Source: Lentisphaeria bacterium (lineage in GTDB: Bacteria > Verrucomicrobiota > Lentisphaeria > Victivallales > UBA1829). Taken from it: a DNA stretch of 33,417 nt. Shown here piece by piece: positions 22,757 through 28,782 of this stretch; position 1 is the stretch's first letter; each line of letters starts with the position of its first letter. Position numbers and translations under genes: made by a program. The stretch covers positions 1-33,417 of the forward strand of contig DXVA01000001.1 in the NCBI GenBank assembly GCA_019408975.1, written 5' to 3'. The notes below the pieces were generated by a model. That model ran no database searches. It was not told where the DNA came from and was given only the letters and a program-made list of their open reading frames with translations.

Positions 22757-25591
22757 TTATTTTTCGCTCATCAGGAAAACATCTTTATAGAGACCGCCTT
22801 TACCTGCGGCATCAGTGACTTTGACGGTCAGCTGATGTACTCCCGGGCTCATATTTTCCGGAAGTCTGATTATGAACGGTTCCCGCCACAGGGTTGCGGC
22901 ATCGCCCTTATGATGCCCGCCGATGTATTTGCCATCAAGCCAGAGCCAGGCGCGTTCGTCTGCTCCGCCGAAATATAAAGAGTACCGTTTCCCGGATTTT
23001 ATTTCAATTGTTTTTCGATACCACGCCGTGCCGTCAAAAATGTATCCTTGATCCTCCCAGAAATTACCGCTTTTTATCGTATCCCATTTTGAGTCATCCA
23101 GATTGGGTGCAAACCATTTTTCTTTATCGCCGGCCGCTGCAAAATCAGTTTTGAATTTCCACGGATTCAAGATGTTTTCCAGATTGTATTTTTCTTTCAG
23201 GCTGCGGAAAACTGTTGCATTGTCCAGCAGTTGTTTGAATATGGTAAAACGATTGGTTCCATAAAATCCCTCCTTATGCCCTCCGGGAAGAATCTTCTGC
23301 GAAATCAGATGATCCAGCATTTTGCGTATCTCTTTCAGCTGTGATATGATTGAATCGTAACTTTTCTGATCGGGGGAATCATAAAAGTGGTTTGCAGATT
23401 TTATGAAACTGGAATGCAGCTTCAGGTATGCCCAGTATTTCTTCTCTCTTTCCAGGGCGCATAAGATGCGTTTATCGTGTCCGGCTTGCTTCTCTGCCTG
23501 TTTCAGCATATCTTTCATTGTCCGGAGCTGTTCTTCGCTGAACACGGGCACAGTAAGATATCCGTATCTTATATGGGCAGACGGTGCGGCAAGAGTCTGT
23601 TCCAATAGGCTGTAATAGTTTTTCATGAGATTGCCCGCCGGTCCATAGAGTTTATTGAAATAGTCATTCTTCAAAAGCATGTCGTTGAACCAGGGATTCC
23701 ATGCCAGGCGCGCACCGAGATAATGCTGAAAGGCATCTGCTCCGGCCCATCCATCCATAGTTTCTTCACAGATCCCTTGAATATTAAGAAGATTGAGAAA
23801 ACGGAAGTGTTCCGTATGGGACGCAACAGTTCCAAAGGTGGGGGATTCGGAAAAACACGGATTAAGATAGTGGTAGGTATAAACAATAATACGTCCGGAT
23901 ACCAGTTTGTTCCATTCAAGGAGGGCCGGATAATTTGACGCTTCGCAAAATAGAATCCAGACGCCCTCCGCCGGTTTTACCTTCTTCGGAGGTTCTTTTG
24001 TCCATGTATAGGCAAATATCAGAACCGATTTGCCGGGGTTTTTCCCGCGGATTCTGCGTGAAAGCACATTTGCCATATACATCTGCTGGTCTGTCGCTGT
24101 AATGACATTACTGCCGTCGGGACACAATGCGAGGCATTTTTCACACTGGCACCAAAGGCAGAACCCATCTTCCTGCATCAACGGGAAGTAGAATAAATCA
24201 GGATGTTTCCTGAAATATTCAACGGCAATTTCCGACAGCTTATTTATGACTTCCGGGTTTGTATTGCATATCTGTGCTGATTTTGCACGATATTTTCCGG
24301 TTGCTTTATCATAACAGAACCAGGCGGGATGATCTTTGAAATATTTTGAGGGTGGCAAATGCTGGTGATAAAAGCATTGTCCGTGAAGCGGAATGCTGCC
24401 GCCGCGGGTGTCATAAAATGTTTTTATGCTTTCGTCAGCGTTTCCCGTTTTCGGGAGCCTTCCGAGTTCTACATTAAAGCGGTTTTTGATTGTCCAGTCT
24501 GCCATATCCCAGATATGCTGTTTGAATCCTGCTGTTCTGCTGTCTGCGCAATAATGCGGGCGGCGATAGGAAAAGCATGGTGCCTCCGAGTCTTTGAAAA
24601 GCGGGATTTTCAGGTTCGGATTGAAGGGGACGATTTCTCCCCATTCAAATGGTGCAAACCAGCGGATTCCTGCCGCCTTTTCCAGAAAATCATAGACGGC
24701 ATAGAGCAATGCCCGTGGAGAATTGCCAACAATGGAGACCTTTTTCCCGTCGATGCTTTCTGAATGAAAAGCCTCTTCCGGCTTTGCAGGTATGACTTTG
24801 AGTTCGAATGATTTCCCGCCGGGGGTATTTTTTGAGTTGACGGGAAATATTTTACCTGTTGCCATGCCTAGATATTTTGCCAATTCCCCTGCCGCAAAAA
24901 TTTCTGTTTTTGTTGCATTTTTTCCTATCGTAATGGTAAAGCCGTCCAGAGAAACGGCATCTTTCCTGATTGTTTCCTTAAATGCGTAAGGAACGGATTT
25001 TTCATGTCGGCTGATTGCCGAAAGGTGTTTTCGGATTTCTCCTGTGTCTGAATTTTTGTTGGTGAGTCGTAGATTTCTGAATGCAAATTGTACATTTTCC
25101 CAGGCACAGAAACTGATTGCGTGAAGGGTTCCTTGTGAAGCAAGACTGCTGCTTCCTTTGGTGCCTCTGACAAAATAAAAGAAATGATTCAGGATTGCCG
25201 TTGCTCTGGCGCCGCTTTTTAATTCAAGAGTAACTGTCTTCCATTGAGGCGTGATTGTAAATATTGAATCAAATTGCGCATGATCATGTTTCGACAGGTT
25301 GCGGAATAATGTCAGGCAGAGGTTGTGATTTCTGTTGTCAAGAGACTTGATTTCCAGTTCTATATACTTATAATCGTTCAGCAGATTTCCGGATTTTACA
25401 TCAAACGATATCCAGGCGGATGATTTTCCCTGGGGGGGACACAGTGCCAATTCATATATTCCCTTCCGACATGCATAACGTCCACGCATGTCGTGAGGAC
25501 CTGCTTTTCCCAGTTTGATCATCCCTTCTGACGCATTGCAGAGAAAGATCGTAAATAATAACGTCGCTAATGCCGGTAAGGTTTTTTTCAT
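22757..25591 (-). CDS. Secreted DUF4838-like putative glycoside hydrolase with a C-terminal GH2-type sugar-binding (galactose-binding-like) domain
   Basis: Signal peptide MKKTLPALATLLFTIFLCNA. GNSPRALLYAVYDFLEKAAGIRWFAP matches the DUF4838/GH20b-like hallmark as I remember it. The C-terminal W..I..GNFWEDQGYIFDGTAWYRKTIEI..RYSLYFGGADERAWLWLDGKYIGGH is the GH2 N-terminal-domain pattern. AAAGGAG SD. Confidence 0.7.
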   Translation of the reverse strand: MKKTLPALATLLFTIFLCNASEGMIKLGKAGPHDMRGRYACRKGIYELALCPPQGKSSAWISFDVKSGNLLNDYKYIELEIKSLDNRNHNLCLTLFRNLSKHDHAQFDSIFTITPQWKTVTLELKSGARATAILNHFFYFVRGTKGSSSLASQGTLHAISFCAWENVQFAFRNLRLTNKNSDTGEIRKHLSAISRHEKSVPYAFKETIRKDAVSLDGFTITIGKNATKTEIFAAGELAKYLGMATGKIFPVNSKNTPGGKSFELKVIPAKPEEAFHSESIDGKKVSIVGNSPRALLYAVYDFLEKAAGIRWFAPFEWGEIVPFNPNLKIPLFKDSEAPCFSYRRPHYCADSRTAGFKQHIWDMADWTIKNRFNVELGRLPKTGNADESIKTFYDTRGGSIPLHGQCFYHQHLPPSKYFKDHPAWFCYDKATGKYRAKSAQICNTNPEVINKLSEIAVEYFRKHPDLFYFPLMQEDGFCLWCQCEKCLALCPDGSNVITATDQQMYMANVLSRRIRGKNPGKSVLIFAYTWTKEPPKKVKPAEGVWILFCEASNYPALLEWNKLVSGRIIVYTYHYLNPCFSESPTFGTVASHTEHFRFLNLLNIQGICEETMDGWAGADAFQHYLGARLAWNPWFNDMLLKNDYFNKLYGPAGNLMKNYYSLLEQTLAAPSAHIRYGYLTVPVFSEEQLRTMKDMLKQAEKQAGHDKRILCALEREKKYWAYLKLHSSFIKSANHFYDSPDQKSYDSIISQLKEIRKMLDHLISQKILPGGHKEGFYGTNRFTIFKQLLDNATVFRSLKEKYNLENILNPWKFKTDFAAAGDKEKWFAPNLDDSKWDTIKSGNFWEDQGYIFDGTAWYRKTIEIKSGKRYSLYFGGADERAWLWLDGKYIGGHHKGDAATLWREPFIIRLPENMSPGVHQLTVKVTDAAGKGGLYKDVFLMSEK

Positions 25592-25648
25592 AGATCGGTT
25601 CTCCTTTTCTGATTGTTCTGCTTAGTGGAATTCTGTTGAAACAATAAT

Positions 25649-25670
25649 TAAAAATTCAATAAGTTTGAAT
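25649..25670 (-). terminator. Weak AT-rich hairpin plus T-run after the LacI-type regulator
   Basis: On the minus strand: ATTCAA-ACTTA-TTGAAT followed by TTTTT, 14 nt after the regulator stop. The stem is only 6 bp with a single G-C pair, so at best it is a leaky attenuator. Confidence 0.25.
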
Positions 25671-25683
25671 GATCTCAGTTTTC

Positions 25684-26811
25684 TCATCTGCGATATTCTT
25701 CATAGCTGAGATCCTCCTGAAGCTGCTCCGGCAGAGGAGTGGTGTCATAAAGATGGACTGTTTCCTCATCTTCTTCGATTGTCTGGAACGTGTTGATCCA
25801 TGTCAGGTAGTTTTCTTCCTGGACGGTACAGCCGCAGCTGCGGGCGATCCGCAGTTTCGGTTCGAGAAGAATCTGCTCCCGCGGGAAATCTTTTCCGTGG
25901 ATTATTTTGTCGATCATAATCCGCGCTACCAGCTTGCCGAAGTGTTCCATCGGCTGGATGACGGTCGTGATCGCGGGGGATGTGAATTTGGTGAATGACA
26001 TGCCGTCGAATCCTGTGACGGCGATATCTTCCGGAATCCGGATGCCGTGCCGCTGAAGATAACGGGAAAGTCTGGCGGCGATGAAATCATTGGTACAGAG
26101 GAATGCCGTCAGTTTTTCTTTGATCACGGCATCCCGGAGCCGGCGCATGGAATCTGGATTTTTCAGAACGTGGATCATCCAGCTTTCAGCAGGTTTGATC
26201 CCGTATTCCGCCAGCTTTGCCTTGTAGCCTGCGAGTTTCGGGTCATTCGGGGCAAGGGCGCCGATCAATCCGATGCGGCGATGTCCGTGGACGGTGATCA
26301 GATGCTCTGCAAGCATTTCAGCACCCCTCCGTATATTGATGCCGTATGGTCCGTGATCGCCGGTCATGAGGATCGGCAGGTCATAAGACTTGGACAGGCG
26401 GGCATTGTCGCAGCGCAGAAAGATGATGCCGTCCGCACACCTGCTGGAGAACTGCCGTATCAGAGCGTCCTGATCTTTTTTCGCCTTCTGCATCGGCATG
26501 CTCGTGATGAAAGTTTCAAATCCTTCGGCGTTCAGCGTTCTTACGACACAGTTCAGAAGCTCCGTATTGGGAGCGATCATAAATGACGGCTGCACGATTC
26601 CGATGCTGCGTGACATGCCGCCGCGCAGGGCTACCGCCATGATGTTGGACTGATATCCCATTTCCCGGGCAACCTGCCTGACCAGTGCTTTCGTTTTTTC
26701 CGAAACTTTCGTGGTTCCATGCGAATAGCCGTCCGGTTTGAGCGCCAGAGACACCGCCTGCATCGAGACGTTGCATTTTTCCGCGATATCTTTAAGAGAA
26801 ACTCCCCGCAT
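25684..26811 (-). CDS. LacI-family transcriptional regulator
   Basis: MRGVSLKDIAEKCNVSMQAVSLAL..VSEKTKALVRQVAREMGYQSN is a LacI HTH, followed by a PBP1 sugar-binding fold (SIGIVQP.., ..IGLIGA.., ..AVTGFDG..). AAGGAG lies 6 nt upstream of ATG 26811; the listed start 26988 is unsupported. Confidence 0.85.
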   Translation of the reverse strand: MRGVSLKDIAEKCNVSMQAVSLALKPDGYSHGTTKVSEKTKALVRQVAREMGYQSNIMAVALRGGMSRSIGIVQPSFMIAPNTELLNCVVRTLNAEGFETFITSMPMQKAKKDQDALIRQFSSRCADGIIFLRCDNARLSKSYDLPILMTGDHGPYGINIRRGAEMLAEHLITVHGHRRIGLIGALAPNDPKLAGYKAKLAEYGIKPAESWMIHVLKNPDSMRRLRDAVIKEKLTAFLCTNDFIAARLSRYLQRHGIRIPEDIAVTGFDGMSFTKFTSPAITTVIQPMEHFGKLVARIMIDKIIHGKDFPREQILLEPKLRIARSCGCTVQEENYLTWINTFQTIEEDEETVHLYDTTPLPEQLQEDLSYEEYRR

Positions 26812-26823
26812 GAACAACTCCTT

Positions 26824-26841
26824 AAATTGAACGTTAAATTT
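26824..26841. promoter_or_regulatory. Candidate LacI-type operator (18-bp palindrome with central CG)
   Basis: AAATTGAACGTTAAATTT has 8 of 9 symmetric pairs and centre AACGTT. It lies between the predicted -10 and the ATG of the LacI gene. Confidence 0.35.
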
Positions 26842-26869
26842 ATTATAATCGAAAAATTGGAAAAAACAA
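26842..26869 (-). promoter_or_regulatory. Candidate promoter of the LacI-type regulator
   Basis: On the minus strand: TTGTTT (26869-26864), 16-nt spacer, TATAAT (26847-26842). Confidence 0.4.
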
Positions 26870-27103
26870 GGTCCCTTTCCTGAAAAAATACATTTTTTTT
26901 GAGATCTCTGGGAATATACGCCACTGAGCGGTGAACGGATGCACTCTTTGGAAAACGCGGTTCTTTCTACTGGAATGAGTTGAAACAACTTCGCGCGGAA
27001 CTATGCCGGGGAACATCCGGAATAATTTTTTCTTTTCCGGTTTGCATTTTCATGACGGAAGGATTAAGCTATTGCAGTAACATGGAAAACGGGAGAGCTG
27101 GCG

Positions 27104-27487
27104 ATGAAACCGGGTGATTCTTTTGATTGTCCGCACTGCGGAAGAAATACCTTTTTGAAAAAGGAGACGGTCATGGAGGGGTGGACCAGAAAAGGCGAGG
27201 TCCTGAAATGTGTTTCCTGCGGCGCCGTGATTGAGGAGCTGAAAGAGGAAAAGACCGGGAAAAAAGTCTCTCCTCTGGAAAATGACGCGGCTCTGAAGTT
27301 CAAGAGTCTGCTGGGGGAGGAGTTCGGGAAGAAACCGGAGATCAAGGCTGCGGCGGATGAAAAGAAGTTCTGCCGGGACTGTGCGCACCTGATCGCGCAT
27401 CCGTTCCTGACGCGGTGCATGAAGTTCGCCAAAGATGTCAATCCGATGGATGACTGTCCGTCATTCACCCCGAAAAAAGAGGAGTGA
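27104..27487 (+). CDS. Hypothetical small zinc-ribbon / Cys-cluster protein
   Basis: C9xxC12...C36xxC39 forms a zinc ribbon. The middle is acidic and Lys-rich. The C-terminus carries C90xxC93...C105...C118. GGGAG lies 8 nt upstream. The stop is 3 nt before the TatD-like gene. Confidence 0.6.
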   Translation: MKPGDSFDCPHCGRNTFLKKETVMEGWTRKGEVLKCVSCGAVIEELKEEKTGKKVSPLENDAALKFKSLLGEEFGKKPEIKAAADEKKFCRDCAHLIAHPFLTRCMKFAKDVNPMDDCPSFTPKKEE

Positions 27488-27490
27488 GCC

Positions 27491-28324
27491 ATGATCATTG
27501 AACCGCACATCCATATGTATTCCAGGACGACCGATGATTATCAGGCAATGTTCAGGTCGGGCATCCGCGCCTGTGTCGAGCCCTCTTTTTGGATGGGATG
27601 CAACCGCCGTTACGCAGGAACGTTCTTCGATTATTTTCAGCTGATTCTTGAGTTTGAAACAATTCGCGCGCGCCGTTTCGGCATTGATCATTACGCCGCG
27701 ATTGCCCTGAATCCGAAAGAGGCGGAAGATACGGTGCTGGCAAATGAAGTGATCGACGGGATCGAAGCGTATCTGGATCATCCCCGCTGTGTCGCGCTCG
27801 GAGAGATCGGGCTGAACAATATCACGGAAAACGAGCGTGCGGCATTCGAGCGCCAGCTTGCGATCGCACACCGGAAAAATATGCCCGTCATCATCCATCT
27901 TCCCCATGTGAATAAGGAAAAAGGGATCGAGTGGACTGCGGACGTGATACGGAACGAGGGCATCGACGTGACGAAAGTTCTGATCGACCACAATACGGAG
28001 GCCTGCATGAAACAGGCGCGCGATACCGGATGCTGGACAGGCATGACGGTATATCCGGTCTCGAAGCTGAATCCGCAGCGTGTTTCGGCATTGATCCGCG
28101 AATACGGTTCGGAGCGCATGATCGTGGACGGTTCCGCCGACTGGGGCGTATCCGATCCATTGAGCCTGGTGAAAACCGCCGCGTTCATGAAGCAGGACGG
28201 GCATTCCCTTGAATCTGTCAACAGGATTCTGTTTGACAACCCGAACCGTTTTTATTCCGCCTCTCCGAACTGGAAGCCTGAATTTGACATCCAGCCCCTG
28301 CGGATTGAAGAATTCCAGCGGTGA
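27491..28324 (+). CDS. TatD-family metal-dependent hydrolase
   Basis: IEPHIHMY (HxH), LGEIGLN (bridging Glu), VIIHLPH, LIDHN and VDGSADWG reproduce the TatD/amidohydrolase metal-ligand series. AAGAGGAG SD. Confidence 0.7.
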   Translation: MIIEPHIHMYSRTTDDYQAMFRSGIRACVEPSFWMGCNRRYAGTFFDYFQLILEFETIRARRFGIDHYAAIALNPKEAEDTVLANEVIDGIEAYLDHPRCVALGEIGLNNITENERAAFERQLAIAHRKNMPVIIHLPHVNKEKGIEWTADVIRNEGIDVTKVLIDHNTEACMKQARDTGCWTGMTVYPVSKLNPQRVSALIREYGSERMIVDGSADWGVSDPLSLVKTAAFMKQDGHSLESVNRILFDNPNRFYSASPNWKPEFDIQPLRIEEFQR

Positions 28325-28339
28325 TCCGGTTATCTATAC

Positions 28340-28386
28340 ACAATCCGGCGCAGGCGGGAGAACCATCTGCACCGGATTGTATTTTG
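28340..28386 (+). terminator. Rho-independent terminator after the TatD-like gene
   Basis: ACAATCCGG (28340-28348) pairs with CCGGATTGT (28372-28380), with inner GCAG/CTGC pairs, followed by ATTTTG. Confidence 0.5.
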
Positions 28387-28453
28387 ACGCTCCTGCGGAA
28401 CTTTCTGCCTGTTCAGGTTTTCACTGTCAGCGGTTTCTGAAAACAGGATTGCG

Positions 28454-28782
28454 TCAGATGATTGCGGGATAAATTCTGATTTTCATTCCGCCTGCGTTTT
28501 GGAAGACTCCTTTTGCATCTCCGCTCAGTTCAGGCGTCAGGGTGTATTCTCCCGGAGTGAGCCCCGATGTTTTAGCCGGATACGGAAGGACTGCTTCCCT
28601 GCGGGAGCGGCTTTGAAGTCATATTTCACTTTCCCGTTTCTGTCCCGCAGACGGAACGTAATCCCGTGGTTCCGGATTTCCAGAGGTGAAACATTCAGCT
28701 CGGCAATGGAGGATACGATGTCTCCGGATGCACACTCCAGAACCGGAGATTTGAATTCGACTGCCGCATCGTTGCGCCGCAT
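28454..28782 (-). pseudogene. Frameshifted small beta-sandwich-like ORF directly abutting the beta-helix gene stop
   Basis: On the minus strand, TGA (28785-28783) is followed immediately by ATG 28782. MRRNDAAVEFKSPVLECASGDIV..ITFRLRDRNGKVKYDFKAAPAGKQ then continues plausibly only in the -1 frame (AVLPYPAKTSGLTPGEYTLTPELSGDAKGVFQNAGGMKIRIYPAII*, stop 28456-28454). The listed ORF 28537..28782 ends in an Arg-rich tail. Confidence 0.4.

Noticed and set aside
25684-26988. Upstream 59 codons of the LacI ORF; similar 5' extensions at 10415, 11004 and 16830
   Set aside because: Family N-termini and SD sequences support the internal starts 26811, 10460, 11184 and 16911. The extensions overlap upstream genes or promoter-like AT-rich DNA.
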